From Candidatus Oxydemutatoraceae bacterium (lineage in GTDB: Bacteria; Pseudomonadota; Gammaproteobacteria; Poriferisulfidales; Oxydemutatoraceae), in contig OZ244717.1 of the NCBI GenBank assembly GCA_965218975.1, positions 1,120,001 to 1,184,000 on the forward strand: a stretch of DNA of 64,000 bases. The letters are read 5' to 3'. The notes beneath the pieces are model-generated. The model did not search any database, was not told where the DNA came from, and saw only the letters and a list, made by a program, of their open reading frames with translations. Positions 32,702 to 44,434 of the stretch are shown piece after piece. The translations under genes and the position numbers were made by a program. Positions within the stretch are counted from its first letter, which is position 1. Every line of letters begins with the position of its first letter.

Positions 32702-34535
32702 TAAACTGGCGCAATGCGCGCAATGGCAAAAGCGTTTGATTGCAGCAGTCTATGATTTTTTTGTGGTTCTCTTTGCGCTATGGTTTGCCTTATCAGTACG
32801 TTTCGGGGAACCGGTTTCGTTCGATCAAATACAGTGGATGATACTGATTTTGCTTGGCGCTGTAATTGCCGTTCCATGTTTTTTCCTTGCCAGACTTTAT
32901 CACTTGGTAGTGCGTTATGCAGGGTATCAGCTGTTGTGGATAGTTGTGAAAGGCGTGACGTTTGCGGTGTTGATTTGGGGAACTGCCGTGTTAATGATGC
33001 GACTTCCTGGATTTCCCCGGTCGGTGATTTTCATTTACTGGTTTGTCGCATTCGTTTTAGTGTTCAGCGGTCGCTTGGTGGCGCAAAATTTGCTCAGAAA
33101 GTCTTTGGGAATACCGATTGCGATTTATGGTGCCGGTTCGGAGGGAGTGCAACTGGCGATGGCATTACAGCATGATGCGAATTATCGTCCGGTATTGTTT
33201 CTCGACGATAACTCCGAGCTATGGGGCAGCCATATGATGAATTTACGTGTTTATCCCGTTGATCAATTTGATGGTTTGTGCCGACAAAGAGGCGTGAAAG
33301 AAATCTTTGTTACTATTCATTTCCCAACACGTTCTGATAGAAACCGATTATTGAAGCGATTGCAGAATTATCCGGTGCGTGTAAGAGTACTGCCTCTATT
33401 TTCACAGTTAGCGCGTGGGAAAATCAATATACATGACTTTGAACGAATTGATGCCGATGATTTACTCGGTCGTGAAGTTGTATCTCCGAACGCAACTTTG
33501 CTAAGGAAAAATATTACGGGGAAATCGGTCATGATTACCGGTGCGGGCGGATCGATCGGTTCGGAGCTATGCCGACAAATATCAAATTTAGCGCCGTCGC
33601 GTATTATCCTGCTGGAGCATTCCGAACACGTTCTATATGAGATTGAACGTAGTCTGAAAAACAAGCTCCCGACCGACCGACAACCACAGATTGTTCCGGT
33701 TCTCGGACAGGTTCAAGACCGCAAGCTGGTGGAAGAAGTGCTTCGTGAGCAGGAGGTTGCGACAATCTATCATGCTGCCGCATATAAGCACGTTGCATTG
33801 GTTGAAGAGAATACAATACAAGGCCTGCGGAATAACGCATTCGGTACTTTAGCGCTTGCCCAGTCAGCCATAGAGTGTGATGTTGAGATTTTCGTATTGA
33901 TTTCTACCGATAAAGCGGTGCGTCCGAGTGGTGTGATGGGTGTTAGTAAGAGACTTGCCGAGATGATTTTGCAAGCTTTGGCCGCAGAGAGGCAAACACC
34001 GTGCTTTAGTATGGTACGGTTTGGCAATGTATTGGATTCCTCGGGTTCGGTTATACCGTTATTTCGCCAACAAATTGCAGAAGGCGGTCCGGTCACGGTG
34101 ACGCATCAGGATATGACACGTTACTTTATGACCTTAAAAGAAGCAGTGGGGTTGACGATACAAGCAGGTTCAATGTCACAGGGTGGTGAAGTGTTCGTTT
34201 TAGATATGGGTGATCCGATTAAAATTGATGAGCTGGCAAGAATGATGGTGTCTTTCAGCGGTCTGCGTGTGAAAGATGATAAAAATCCGGATGGTGATAT
34301 TGCGATTGAGTATATTGGGGCGCGCCGCGGCGAAAAAATCACTGAGGAACTTTTAACCGGTGACAATGCTTTTGCGACGGAGCATCCGAAGATCCTTTGC
34401 GCCAAAGAGAATTTTTTACCCTGGGAAAAACTTTTGCGGTTACTACAAGAGATTGAATCTGCGATAAAAGTCCGCGACACTGAGACGACTCTGGAATTGC
34501 TCAATCAGGTATTGGCGGCACAAAAGCCGAATTAG
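32688..34535 (+). CDS. UDP-GlcNAc 4,6-dehydratase (WbpM/CapD/PglF family)
   Basis: N-terminal TM segments, [40 protein letters not shown]. Confidence 0.92.
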   Translation: MVALDKLAQCAQWQKRLIAAVYDFFVVLFALWFALSVRFGEPVSFDQIQWMILILLGAVIAVPCFFLARLYHLVVRYAGYQLLWIVVKGVTFAVLIWGTAVLMMRLPGFPRSVIFIYWFVAFVLVFSGRLVAQNLLRKSLGIPIAIYGAGSEGVQLAMALQHDANYRPVLFLDDNSELWGSHMMNLRVYPVDQFDGLCRQRGVKEIFVTIHFPTRSDRNRLLKRLQNYPVRVRVLPLFSQLARGKINIHDFERIDADDLLGREVVSPNATLLRKNITGKSVMITGAGGSIGSELCRQISNLAPSRIILLEHSEHVLYEIERSLKNKLPTDRQPQIVPVLGQVQDRKLVEEVLREQEVATIYHAAAYKHVALVEENTIQGLRNNAFGTLALAQSAIECDVEIFVLISTDKAVRPSGVMGVSKRLAEMILQALAAERQTPCFSMVRFGNVLDSSGSVIPLFRQQIAEGGPVTVTHQDMTRYFMTLKEAVGLTIQAGSMSQGGEVFVLDMGDPIKIDELARMMVSFSGLRVKDDKNPDGDIAIEYIGARRGEKITEELLTGDNAFATEHPKILCAKENFLPWEKLLRLLQEIESAIKVRDTETTLELLNQVLAAQKPN

Positions 34536-34597
34536 ATATCCGATGTGTCATAAGTTATAATTCCCACTGTGCGTCCCAAGCTGGAAAACGTAGAAGC

Positions 34598-35914
34598 ATG
34601 AAAAAAGTATATGTTCAAACACAAGGCTGTCAGATGAATGAGTATGATACGGAGAAAATACTGGATGTGTTAGCGCAATCGCATCATCTAATACCGACAG
34701 CAGTTGCCGAAGAAGCCGATATTTTATTATTAAATACTTGTTCTGTTCGCGAGAAGGCGCAAGAAAAAGTTTTTTCAGAGCTTGGTCGTTGGCATAAATT
34801 AAAGCAACAAAAGCCGGATTTGGTTATCGGGGTCGGTGGTTGTGTGGCAAGCCAAGAAGGTGAGAATCTGCGACGGCGGGCACCGTATGTCTCGTTGATT
34901 TTCGGACCTCAAACTTTGCACCGCTTGCCCGCGATGCTGAATGAGCACCTGCAACAAGGCGAGCCGGTGGTGGATATTTCTTTTCCTGCGATTGAAAAAT
35001 TCGATTGCTTACCTAAGCATTTGACAACCGCATGCACCGCTTTTGTATCAATTATGGAAGGTTGCAGCAAGTATTGTTCTTTTTGCGTAGTGCCTTATAC
35101 CCGCGGCAAGGAGGTCAGTCGTCCGCTGCATAGTATTCTTGAAGAAATTGAACACCTTGTCGCACAAGGTGTGAAAGAAATCACTTTACTCGGGCAGAAT
35201 GTTAATGCTTATCGCCACGCAACTTGTGACGGTACGATTGATTTTGCTTTGTTGTTATACCATATCGCCGGGGTCCGTGGGATTCGTAGAATCCGCTACA
35301 CTTCTTCGCATCCGGTTGAATTCGGAGATAGTTTAATTAAAGCGTACGCGGATATCCCCCAATTGGTCGACCATCTACATTTGCCGGTGCAAAGTGGGTC
35401 GGATCGTATTCTAAGTTTGATGAAGCGCGGGTACACTGTATTGGAATATAAATCTATGATGAGAAAGCTACGCCGTGTCAGACCTGATATCTCAATTTCT
35501 TCCGATTTCATCGTTGGGTTTCCGGGTGAAACTGAGGAGGATTTTCAAATGACGATCAACTTGGTGCATACTATCGGCTTTGATCAATCATTCAGTTTTA
35601 TTTATAGTCCCAGACCCGGGACACCTGCGGCAAACCTTGCGGATGATATTCCTCCGCAGGAGAAAAAGCATCGCTTACATCGCTTGAATCAGTGTCTTGA
35701 TCATTATGCGGCTGAAATCTCGGAGCGAATGGTCGGAACATTCCAATCGGTACTGGTTGAAAGTGTTTCAAAGAAAAACCATAATGAATTGTGCGGACGT
35801 AGCGGAAATAATCGTGTGGTTAATTTTTCTTCCGACCGAGACCTCATTGGAGAATTTGTGACACTTAAGATTGACCAAGCTTATGCGCACTCATTACATG
35901 GCACTCTAGCATAG
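34598..35914 (+). CDS. miaB: tRNA-2-methylthio-N6-isopentenyladenosine synthase
   Basis: [15 protein letters not shown], radical-SAM [12 protein letters not shown] domain. Confidence 0.97.
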   Translation: MKKVYVQTQGCQMNEYDTEKILDVLAQSHHLIPTAVAEEADILLLNTCSVREKAQEKVFSELGRWHKLKQQKPDLVIGVGGCVASQEGENLRRRAPYVSLIFGPQTLHRLPAMLNEHLQQGEPVVDISFPAIEKFDCLPKHLTTACTAFVSIMEGCSKYCSFCVVPYTRGKEVSRPLHSILEEIEHLVAQGVKEITLLGQNVNAYRHATCDGTIDFALLLYHIAGVRGIRRIRYTSSHPVEFGDSLIKAYADIPQLVDHLHLPVQSGSDRILSLMKRGYTVLEYKSMMRKLRRVRPDISISSDFIVGFPGETEEDFQMTINLVHTIGFDQSFSFIYSPRPGTPAANLADDIPPQEKKHRLHRLNQCLDHYAAEISERMVGTFQSVLVESVSKKNHNELCGRSGNNRVVNFSSDRDLIGEFVTLKIDQAYAHSLHGTLA

Positions 35915-35928
35915 CGTATTCATTTCTT

Positions 35929-36927
35929 TTGGCTGCTCATTCCGAGAATTTTGATTTTGTATTAGAGCCGGCGGATATATCTAGGCTTGTAAAGCTATGC
36001 GGTCCTCTGAATGAGCATCTTCATCAGTTAGAGGAGACTCTAGGCGTACGGATTCGTAATCGCGGTAATCATTTTTCCATTTTTGGGGAAGGAGAAATGA
36101 AGCGGGATGCGGCGCGTATTATTCGGGAATTGTACGATTTGACAAATGACAAAGAAGAGCTGACATCCAGTAGCGTGCATTTGCATGTGATCGCCGCTCT
36201 GGACAAGGCATCATCAGACGCTTCGGCAAACCAGTTGGATGTAACTATTCGCGCATGTTGCGGTAATGTTCATGCCAACGGTCGGCACCAAGTGGAATAT
36301 TTGAAAAATATATCCCGTTACGATTTAACTTTTGGCGTGGGACCCGCCGGTACCGGAAAAACTTACCTTGCGGTGGCAGCGGCAGTTGCAGCATTGCTTG
36401 AAACGAAAGTGAATCGGTTGATATTAGTCAGACCGGCGGTCGAGGCGGGTGAGCGATTGGGATTTTTGCCGGGAGATATGTCGCAGAAAATTGATCCTTA
36501 TCTACGTCCTATGTATGATGCTTTGTATACAATTCTTAGTGTTGACCGAGTGAATAAGTTGATTGATCGCGGCGAAATTGAAATTGCCCCGCTGGCTTAT
36601 ATGCGAGGCCGTTCGCTCAACGATGCTTTTATTATTCTTGACGAATCGCAAAACACCACTGTTGAGCAGATGAAAATGTTTCTTACTCGAATCGGGTTCG
36701 GCTCGAAGGCGGTAGTGACAGGCGACGTGACACAAGTGGATTTATCGCACGATAAACAATCCGGTTTAGAACACGCATTAAATATTTTACGCGATATTCG
36801 TGGTATCGGGTTTAGTTTTTTTGATGCCGGCGATGTCATGCGGCATCGCTTGGTCAAGGAAATTATCCGGGCTTATCAACATCACAATGATAAAGATAAA
36901 CATTGTTCTTCAAATAGCAACCGATAA
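35929..36927 (+). CDS. ybeZ: PhoH-family ATPase (YbeZ)
   Basis: GPAGTGKT, RPAVEAGERLGFLPGD, LAYMRGR; lies between miaB and ybeY. Confidence 0.93.
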   Translation: MAAHSENFDFVLEPADISRLVKLCGPLNEHLHQLEETLGVRIRNRGNHFSIFGEGEMKRDAARIIRELYDLTNDKEELTSSSVHLHVIAALDKASSDASANQLDVTIRACCGNVHANGRHQVEYLKNISRYDLTFGVGPAGTGKTYLAVAAAVAALLETKVNRLILVRPAVEAGERLGFLPGDMSQKIDPYLRPMYDALYTILSVDRVNKLIDRGEIEIAPLAYMRGRSLNDAFIILDESQNTTVEQMKMFLTRIGFGSKAVVTGDVTQVDLSHDKQSGLEHALNILRDIRGIGFSFFDAGDVMRHRLVKEIIRAYQHHNDKDKHCSSNSNR

Positions 36928-37375
36928 GAGTTCAATAGCGACGGTGCCGTCGTTGTCCGATTTTCGGTATTGGGCGACTGCCGTACAACGAGAGTTGGGA
37001 ATTGATTTTGCAGAAGTCGGTGTACGCATTGTTGATAATGCCGAGTCGGAAGAACTCAACCGGCGTTATCGGCGACAGGCTCGTCCGACCAATGTATTGT
37101 CATTTCCGGCAGAATTCCCGATTTTGGTGACGCCCGCATACCTTGGCGACATCGTAATGGCCGAACGGCTTGTAGTCGACGAAGCCCAAGCGCAGGAGAA
37201 GCCGCTGTTCGATCACTGGGCACATTTATTTGTTCATGGTATGTTACATTTACAAGGTTATTGTCATCATGACGAACGCGAAGCGCAAAAGATGGAGTCA
37301 TGTGAGATTAAAATACTTTCAGCGTTGGAAATTGCCAATCCTTATCAGACGAAAACAGCATCATCTTTAGCATGA
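36887..37375 (+). CDS. ybeY: rRNA maturation endoribonuclease YbeY
   Basis: PTNVLSF, LGDI, H3xH5xH motif HGMLHLQGYCH; start uncertain. Confidence 0.92.
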   Translation: MIKINIVLQIATDKSSIATVPSLSDFRYWATAVQRELGIDFAEVGVRIVDNAESEELNRRYRRQARPTNVLSFPAEFPILVTPAYLGDIVMAERLVVDEAQAQEKPLFDHWAHLFVHGMLHLQGYCHHDEREAQKMESCEIKILSALEIANPYQTKTASSLA

Positions 37376-38211
37376 GTAGCAACTCAAAAGGAGACCCTTT
37401 CGGTAAGATACGCCTGAGTTCACTAAAGAATCTTCTGCTTGGATACCCTAAAAACCATCAAGAATTGCTCAAGATGCTAAGCCAGTGTTGTCGCGATGGC
37501 GTGCTGAGTGAGGATTCTTTGGCGATGATTGAAGGTGTCTTCCATGTCGGTGAAATGCGTGCTCGCGATATCATGATTCCACGGTCACAAATGACAGTTA
37601 TCTTGAAAGATGCTTCGCTGGAGGAGATATATAAAACTGTAGTGGAAAGTGGGCACTCTAGATTTCCCGTGCTGGATGAAAAACAAGATAGCGCCGAAGG
37701 TTTTTTGTTGGCAAAGGATTTACTGCGCTATTGTGTGGATTACCGTGAGGAAGATTTTCAGATCAAAGACCACTTGCGTCAGCCTGCGTTTATTCCTGAA
37801 AGTAAGCGACTTAATGTGCTGTTGAATGAGTTTCGTCGCACGCGCAATCATATGGCAATTGTCGTTGATGAATATGGTGGAATTGCCGGTCTGATGACGA
37901 TTGAGGATGTACTTGAGCAAATTGTCGGCGATATCACCGATGAACATGATATTGCTGAGGATCAGTACATTTTCGACTATGGAAATGGAAAATACTTGGT
38001 CAAAGCGTTAACGCCGGTTGAAGAGTTTAATAATTATTTTTCAAGTAATCTATCCGATAGTTCCTCCGATACGGTCGGCGGCTTTATTATTAAATCGTTT
38101 GGTTATCTCCCTCGCCGCGGAGAGAAAAAACAGGTTGGAGATTTTCTGTTTGAAGTTAATCGGGCTGATGTCCGTAGAGTGCATTTTCTGTTAATTAGTA
38201 GAAAAAGCTGA
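37372..38211 (+). CDS. corC: CBS/CorC-HlyC domain protein (YbeX/CorC)
   Basis: DIMIPR, SGHSRFPV, HMAIVVDEYGG, TIEDVLEQIVG. Confidence 0.93.
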   Translation: MSSNSKGDPFGKIRLSSLKNLLLGYPKNHQELLKMLSQCCRDGVLSEDSLAMIEGVFHVGEMRARDIMIPRSQMTVILKDASLEEIYKTVVESGHSRFPVLDEKQDSAEGFLLAKDLLRYCVDYREEDFQIKDHLRQPAFIPESKRLNVLLNEFRRTRNHMAIVVDEYGGIAGLMTIEDVLEQIVGDITDEHDIAEDQYIFDYGNGKYLVKALTPVEEFNNYFSSNLSDSSSDTVGGFIIKSFGYLPRRGEKKQVGDFLFEVNRADVRRVHFLLISRKS

Positions 38212-38234
38212 CAACCCGGACATTCCGTTTACTT

Positions 38235-39734
38235 ATGGGTTTTGCGATTAACGTACTTGCCGGTTTGACGCTCACCGTCGCGTATGCGCCTTTCGGATAT
38301 TTTTTTGGGGCGATTGCGGTTGTGCTTGTAACCGCATGGTCTTGGCGTCGGTATCCTTTGTTGCATGCGTTTGGGTACGGGTACCTGTTTGGCTTGGTGC
38401 ATTTCGGTAGTTCTATCTATTGGGTTTATCACAGCTTACATGATTTTGGTAATGCCGACCCGTTGTTTGCTGCGATGGCGACTTTTCTGCTTGTTGCGGT
38501 TTTTGCGCTGTACTTCGCATTACTTGCATGGATAGCCGCGTGGTGCGCGTCCGGAGTTTCCACGCAGGTGTTTTATTGGTTTATATTTCCATCTTTATGG
38601 ATGATGTGCGAATATTTGCGTTCCACTTTGTTTGGCGGTTTCCCATGGAATTTAATCGGACAGTCGTTAATCGATTCGCCTTTTTGGGGCGTCTTTGCTT
38701 GGGTTGGCACTTTTGGTGCATCGTGGCTCGTCGCTTTTCTTGGGGGATGCGTTGCGACTGTGTTAGTGCATAAAAAAATCAAGTTGCGAACTTACAGTGG
38801 TTGCATGTTTTTACTAGCATTGTTAATCGGATGGTCAACCGGGCTGATACAATGGACTGAGGCAGTGGGTGAAAAAGTGAGTGTCGGTATTGTGCAATCG
38901 GGTGTAGCTCAGGGCATAAAGTTTGATCGCGATGCTTTTACAAAAATCCTTAAAATACATCAAGATTTAACTTCGGAGTTATTTGATCGCGATTTGGTTG
39001 TTTGGTCGGAAACCGCAATTCCGGCATACTATCATCAAGTTGACGAACAAGTATTATTGCCGTTACACGATCAAATTGCTGCGGTTAACGGTGGAGATTT
39101 GTTGACAGGTATATTTTTTCGCGATGAAGTCGCACAAAAGCAATATAATAGTTTGGTAAAAGTCGGTATACCACCGGAAACGTACCATAAACGTCATTTG
39201 GTTCCTTTTGGTGAATATATTCCTTTGCGTTTTCTATTTGAATTCTTTAGGAGTTATGTCACGATGCCGATGTCTGACTTGGATGCCGGCAATCAATATA
39301 ATTTGCTCACAATCGGTGAGCATCAAGTAGGTATGTCAATTTGTTATGAGGCGATATTCGGACGCGAGGTAATTGAATCTTTACCCGCGGCGGCTTATTT
39401 GGTCAATGTCAGTAACGATTCTTGGTTTGGCGATTCAATTGCGGTAGATCAACATCTGCAAATGGCGCGTTTGCGTGCCGCTGAGACCGGCAGGCCGATG
39501 ATTCGTGCGACAAGTACGGGTGTTTCAGCAATGATCAATCATCAAGGACGGGTTATTCGGCATAGTGAACGGTTTTCGGCGCAAATATTAACCGGTGATA
39601 TCCAACCGCGCCAAGGGACGACGCTCTATGCACGTTATGGAGATAGATTAATTTTCGCATTCATAATAGCGTTATTGTTATTCGTTTTTTCTTACCGCTA
39701 TTTAAGCCGGAAGAGAAACCCGATCAATGAATAA
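38235..39734 (+). CDS. lnt: Apolipoprotein N-acyltransferase
   Basis: GFPW, WSETA, K.HLVPFGEYIP, ICYE, SNDSWFG. Confidence 0.96.
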   Translation: MGFAINVLAGLTLTVAYAPFGYFFGAIAVVLVTAWSWRRYPLLHAFGYGYLFGLVHFGSSIYWVYHSLHDFGNADPLFAAMATFLLVAVFALYFALLAWIAAWCASGVSTQVFYWFIFPSLWMMCEYLRSTLFGGFPWNLIGQSLIDSPFWGVFAWVGTFGASWLVAFLGGCVATVLVHKKIKLRTYSGCMFLLALLIGWSTGLIQWTEAVGEKVSVGIVQSGVAQGIKFDRDAFTKILKIHQDLTSELFDRDLVVWSETAIPAYYHQVDEQVLLPLHDQIAAVNGGDLLTGIFFRDEVAQKQYNSLVKVGIPPETYHKRHLVPFGEYIPLRFLFEFFRSYVTMPMSDLDAGNQYNLLTIGEHQVGMSICYEAIFGREVIESLPAAAYLVNVSNDSWFGDSIAVDQHLQMARLRAAETGRPMIRATSTGVSAMINHQGRVIRHSERFSAQILTGDIQPRQGTTLYARYGDRLIFAFIIALLLFVFSYRYLSRKRNPINE

Positions 39735-41169
39735 AGATCAATCAAAATTAGTACCGGTGATTCTCTGCGGCGGGATGGGTACACGTCTTTGGCCGCTATC
39801 GCGTAAGCATGTTCCCAAACAATTTATTCCTATTCAAGATAAAAGTTTATTCGGTCTTACTTTGGAGAGACTATCCGGGTTAGAGATATGCGATATAGTT
39901 GTCGTTAGCGCGGCGGCGCATCGTTTTTTCGTTGCCGAAGAAATGACCCGTAGCAAGCTTTCATGCCGTAGTTCAATTTTATTGGAACCGATTGCACGGG
40001 ACACTGCTCCGGCGGTGGCGTTGGCCGCATTGCATGTAATTCGAACAATGGATGATCGTCCTCTGTTAGTATTGCCGTCAGACCACATGATCAATAATGT
40101 ATCGGCGTTTGAGCAAGCGGTTTCGCTTGCGATGTCGCAAGTATCCGATGGCATAATTGTTACGTTTGGAATCTTCCCCGATTCAGGCAAAACCGGTTAT
40201 GGCTATGTACAAAAAGGAGCATCTATCGGTGATGGGTTTTTTAAAGTTGCTCAATTTCGCGAGAAACCTGATGCCGCTACCGCGAATGCGTGGGTCGCTA
40301 GCGGTAATTATTATTGGAATAGCGGGATATTTTTGTTCCATGCGCAAACTTATTTGAATCTGTTGACTGAGTTGGCGCCGGATATCCTTGCAGCGTGTAG
40401 TGTCGCTTATGAAAATCATTCGATAGATTTGGACTTTCTCGAGATGCAGGAAGAATATTTTGCGCAAAGTCCGAAAATATCAATAGATTACGCAGTAATA
40501 GAGAAAGCAAATAATGTTATTTTCTTGCCCACCGATATCGGTTGGAATGATGTCGGATCATGGCAGTCTCTGGGAAATTTATTACCATCAGATAGTAACG
40601 GTAACGCGGTGTACGGCGATGTATTTTTGCGGGATGCCGGCGATAATATTGTCTATGCGAACCGACGGTTGGTCGGTGTTTTGGGTATCGAGGGTTGTAT
40701 CGTCGCCGAAACAAACGATGTAGTGTTGGTGGCAAAGCACGACCAGTCTGAGAATATCAAGCAATTGGTTGCTGATCTCCAAACGCAGGAGCGCGAAGAA
40801 ATTGATTTTAATACCAAGATGCTTCGTCCTTGGGGGTCGTATGAAAAAATTGATTGCGGAATTGGATTTCAAGTCAAAAAAATCATTGTCAATCCGAAGC
40901 AAGCTTTGTCATTGCAAATGCACCGACACCGCTCCGAACATTGGGTGGTGGTAAAAGGCAAGGCGCGTGTTACGTGCGGCGATGATGTTTTTGATCTTGA
41001 AGAAAATCAATCGACATATATTCCGAAATTGTTAAAGCATCGACTAGAAAATTGTAGTGATGAACCATTGTTTCTAATCGAGGTGCAGTGCGGTGATTAT
41101 CTCGGTGAGGATGATATTGTGCGCTTTGAAGATATTTATGGTAGAGCAAAAAACTCAACTTCCGGATAA
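39727..41169 (+). CDS. manC: Mannose-1-phosphate guanylyltransferase / mannose-6-phosphate isomerase
   Basis: ILCGGMGTRLWPLSR...PKQF, ISIDYAV.EK, cupin RPWG and LQMH.HRSEHW. Confidence 0.94.
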   Translation: MNKDQSKLVPVILCGGMGTRLWPLSRKHVPKQFIPIQDKSLFGLTLERLSGLEICDIVVVSAAAHRFFVAEEMTRSKLSCRSSILLEPIARDTAPAVALAALHVIRTMDDRPLLVLPSDHMINNVSAFEQAVSLAMSQVSDGIIVTFGIFPDSGKTGYGYVQKGASIGDGFFKVAQFREKPDAATANAWVASGNYYWNSGIFLFHAQTYLNLLTELAPDILAACSVAYENHSIDLDFLEMQEEYFAQSPKISIDYAVIEKANNVIFLPTDIGWNDVGSWQSLGNLLPSDSNGNAVYGDVFLRDAGDNIVYANRRLVGVLGIEGCIVAETNDVVLVAKHDQSENIKQLVADLQTQEREEIDFNTKMLRPWGSYEKIDCGIGFQVKKIIVNPKQALSLQMHRHRSEHWVVVKGKARVTCGDDVFDLEENQSTYIPKLLKHRLENCSDEPLFLIEVQCGDYLGEDDIVRFEDIYGRAKNSTSG

Positions 41170-41184
41170 TGAGAGATTATTTTC

Positions 41185-43665
41185 ATGGATGAGCATGATA
41201 TTGAACAGTATCAACCGCATGTAATAGAGCCGCAAGTCCAAAAGTTTTGGGAAACGCATAACTGTTTTAGCATCAAACCGGACCTGTCGCGCGAAAAATT
41301 CTATTGCCTATCAATGTTTCCCTACCCCAGCGGCAAGTTGCATATGGGGCATGTCCGCAACTATACAATCGGCGATGCGATCAGTCGTTACCAACGTATG
41401 CTAGGGAAACAAGTGTTGCAACCAATGGGATGGGATGCTTTCGGTTTGCCGGCAGAGAATGCGGCAATCAAGAGCGGTATTGCTCCGGCACAGTGGACTA
41501 AAGAAAACATTGTGGTAATGCGTACGCAACTCAAGCGCTTAGGTTTTGCTTATGATTGGGGCAGAGAAATACAAACTTGTGATCCTGATTATTATCGTTG
41601 GGAACAATGGTTTTTTAATCGTTTATATGAAAAAGGTTTGGCTTACCGCAAATCCGCATGGGTCAATTGGGACCCGGTTGATCAAACCGTACTTGCCAAC
41701 GAACAGGTTATTGACGGGAAAGGTTGGCGTTCAGGCGCGGCGGTTGAGCGTAAACGCGTGCAACAGTGGTTTTTACGCATCACTGATTATGCCGAAGAGC
41801 TTTTGCAGGGATTGGAGAAGCTTGACGGCTGGCCGGAACAAGTGCGCAGGATGCAAAAGAATTGGATCGGGCGGTCGTACGGATTGGAAATTAATTTTCC
41901 GGTGGTAGGGTGTGATAAGGTTTTGACGGTTTTTACTACCCGGCCGGATACTCTGATGGGGGTCAGTTTTCTGGCGCTCGCACCGGAGCATCCTTTAATT
42001 ACCAATCTCGCAAGCGATTCGCCCGCGTTGCAATCCTTTGTTGAGGCATATTCGCGTGGCTTGGCTTCTGAAGCGGCAATGGCAACGTTAAATAAAGAAG
42101 GATTGGATACCGGGCTTGAATGTGTGCATCCGCTAACCGGCGATACATTACCGGTTTGGTGTACCAACTTTGTGTTGATGGGATACGGTTCGGGTGCAGT
42201 GATGTCAGTACCCGCACACGACGCGCGGGACTGGGAGTTTGCGCGCGAGAAGAACTTGCCGATTAAACAAGTCATTCGTCCTTCGGACCCGGATCAAACG
42301 GTTGATTTGTCTGCCGCAGCTTTTGTTGATAAAGGAATTGTTTGTCACTCAAATAAGTACAATGGTATGAATTTTGCTGAGGCGTATTCAGCCATTGCCG
42401 ATGATCTTGAAAAGATGGCTTGTGGCAAACGGGTTATTAATTACCGTTTACGCGATTGGGGAGTTTCACGCCAGCGTTATTGGGGATGCCCGATTCCGAT
42501 GCAATGGTCGGACGGCATCCCGCAACCGGTCGAAGATGAGTCTTTACCGGTTATTCTTCCGGAAATCAATAGCTATAAAGAGAAAATTCCGACATTAGAT
42601 TCGATTCGGGAATTTGTTCGAGTAGAAGGCTCCGACAGAAAGTCTGAAATACGCCGTGATACGGACACTTTTGATACATTTGTCGAGTCGAGTTGGTATT
42701 ACGCACGTTTTGCCGGATCAAATAGCGGCAATGCGATGTTCAGTGATGAGGCAAAATATTGGCTGCCGGTTGATCAATATGTGGGCGGAATTGAACATGC
42801 GGTGTTACACCTTCTATATGCGCGGTTTTTTTATAAACTGATGCGTGATATGGGTTTGGTTGAAGGCGACGAACCGTTTACACGTTTATTGACGCAAGGA
42901 ATGGTGCTTAAAGACGGAATGAAGATGTCTAAATCGCGTGGTAATACTGTGGATCCGGAAACATTGGTAAAGAAGTACGGCGCCGATACGGTTCGTTTAT
43001 TTATTTTATTTGCCGCACCGACGGAACATTCGCTTGAATGGTCGGATGCAGGAGTTGCCGGAGCATCTCGGTTCTTAAAAAGATTATGGAAGCAGGTGAT
43101 GGCACATATTGCAATCAATGTCAAATTCTTACCCGAGACTATGTCCGATTCTGGCATAGAATCATGCCGGACTATGCGTCGTGTTATTCACGAGACTATT
43201 GTTAAAGTAACCGGCGATATTCATACTCGCTATCAGTTTAACACTGCGATTGCCACCAATATGAAATTGCTCAATGAACTATCGCGTTTTGAATCCGAGA
43301 CAGGTAACCATAAGTTTGCTTACCAGTTGATACGCGAGGGTTTATCCGCAATGCTGAAAATGCTTGCTCCGATAATTCCGCATATCACGCATTACTTGTG
43401 GCAGCGGCTCGGGCATGATGAAGCCTTGATCAATTGTGCGTGGCCAGTCACCGATCCGGAGGCGCTGGCGAAAAGCACTTGTACTATCATTGTTCAGGTG
43501 AATGGTAAATTACGCGGAAGTCTTACGTTGGCGGTCGGCAGCTCGCGCGAGTCGGTGGAGGAAATGGCGCGGCAAAACATGCAAGTGCGAAGGTTTTTGG
43601 AAAATCGGATGATCCGCAAAGTTATTTGGGTGCCTGACAAACTGATTAATTTCGTCGTGAGTTAG
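41185..43665 (+). CDS. leuS: Leucine--tRNA ligase
   Basis: MFPYPSG.LHMGH, KMSKS, GWDAFGLPAEN. Confidence 0.99.
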   Translation: MDEHDIEQYQPHVIEPQVQKFWETHNCFSIKPDLSREKFYCLSMFPYPSGKLHMGHVRNYTIGDAISRYQRMLGKQVLQPMGWDAFGLPAENAAIKSGIAPAQWTKENIVVMRTQLKRLGFAYDWGREIQTCDPDYYRWEQWFFNRLYEKGLAYRKSAWVNWDPVDQTVLANEQVIDGKGWRSGAAVERKRVQQWFLRITDYAEELLQGLEKLDGWPEQVRRMQKNWIGRSYGLEINFPVVGCDKVLTVFTTRPDTLMGVSFLALAPEHPLITNLASDSPALQSFVEAYSRGLASEAAMATLNKEGLDTGLECVHPLTGDTLPVWCTNFVLMGYGSGAVMSVPAHDARDWEFAREKNLPIKQVIRPSDPDQTVDLSAAAFVDKGIVCHSNKYNGMNFAEAYSAIADDLEKMACGKRVINYRLRDWGVSRQRYWGCPIPMQWSDGIPQPVEDESLPVILPEINSYKEKIPTLDSIREFVRVEGSDRKSEIRRDTDTFDTFVESSWYYARFAGSNSGNAMFSDEAKYWLPVDQYVGGIEHAVLHLLYARFFYKLMRDMGLVEGDEPFTRLLTQGMVLKDGMKMSKSRGNTVDPETLVKKYGADTVRLFILFAAPTEHSLEWSDAGVAGASRFLKRLWKQVMAHIAINVKFLPETMSDSGIESCRTMRRVIHETIVKVTGDIHTRYQFNTAIATNMKLLNELSRFESETGNHKFAYQLIREGLSAMLKMLAPIIPHITHYLWQRLGHDEALINCAWPVTDPEALAKSTCTIIVQVNGKLRGSLTLAVGSSRESVEEMARQNMQVRRFLENRMIRKVIWVPDKLINFVVS

Positions 43666-43673
43666 ATGTGTAG

Positions 43674-44183
43674 ATGATACGTACTGTGTCAACGATTTTA
43701 TTATGCGGGGCTTTAATCGCTTGCGGCTATCATTTAAGCGGTGCGCAAGACAGCGAGAAAAGAATATTTGATGCGATACTAAAGCAGATTTCCGTTGAAG
43801 GTTTGGGGCGTTACGACCCTCTGTACCAACATTTGATTTCGACATTGCGTTCGTATGGATTCCAAATTACCGGACACGATAGCGCTTTGACGCGACTGAC
43901 TATTGAAGATAAACAAATTCAAAAGCACGCTGCGGTTATCGGGGATGAAGCAAAAGCACGCGAGTACTTGTTAACAATGATAATACGTTTTAACGTGCGA
44001 AAAGCGGCCAAACCGGATGATATTTTGTTATACGATCAAACAGTGCGAGCCGAAACGCTTTATCGACATAATCCAATCGAGCTATTAACCACTGAAAATT
44101 TGCGCCGCGACGCTGAGGTTAGACTGGAAGAGGAAATTGTTCGCAATATTATTGCCCGCCTAGCAGCGATTCGTTCTCCTTGA
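43674..44183 (+). CDS. lptE: LPS assembly lipoprotein LptE
   Basis: Lipobox LIACGYHL; directly after leuS. Confidence 0.85.
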   Translation: MIRTVSTILLCGALIACGYHLSGAQDSEKRIFDAILKQISVEGLGRYDPLYQHLISTLRSYGFQITGHDSALTRLTIEDKQIQKHAAVIGDEAKAREYLLTMIIRFNVRKAAKPDDILLYDQTVRAETLYRHNPIELLTTENLRRDAEVRLEEEIVRNIIARLAAIRSP

Positions 44184-44434
44184 GTATATGATGATCAATT
44201 GTCTTTTCGCAGTATCATCTATAGCAACTCAGGCGATGCTGCGTAATCCCGATGGCGTTTTGTTCGGTTCTTATGCTATTCCTTAAAAACAGAGAACATA
44301 GAAGTTTTTTTCACTTCTTTCGAGTCGGTGTACGATGCCACCCTAAATGGGATTTTTGAAGATCTTCTGGGGAAGCGTTCGGCAGTAACATTCGGATCGG
44401 TGCTTTCTGTCCGTTGCCGGCATGAGGGCGGTGT

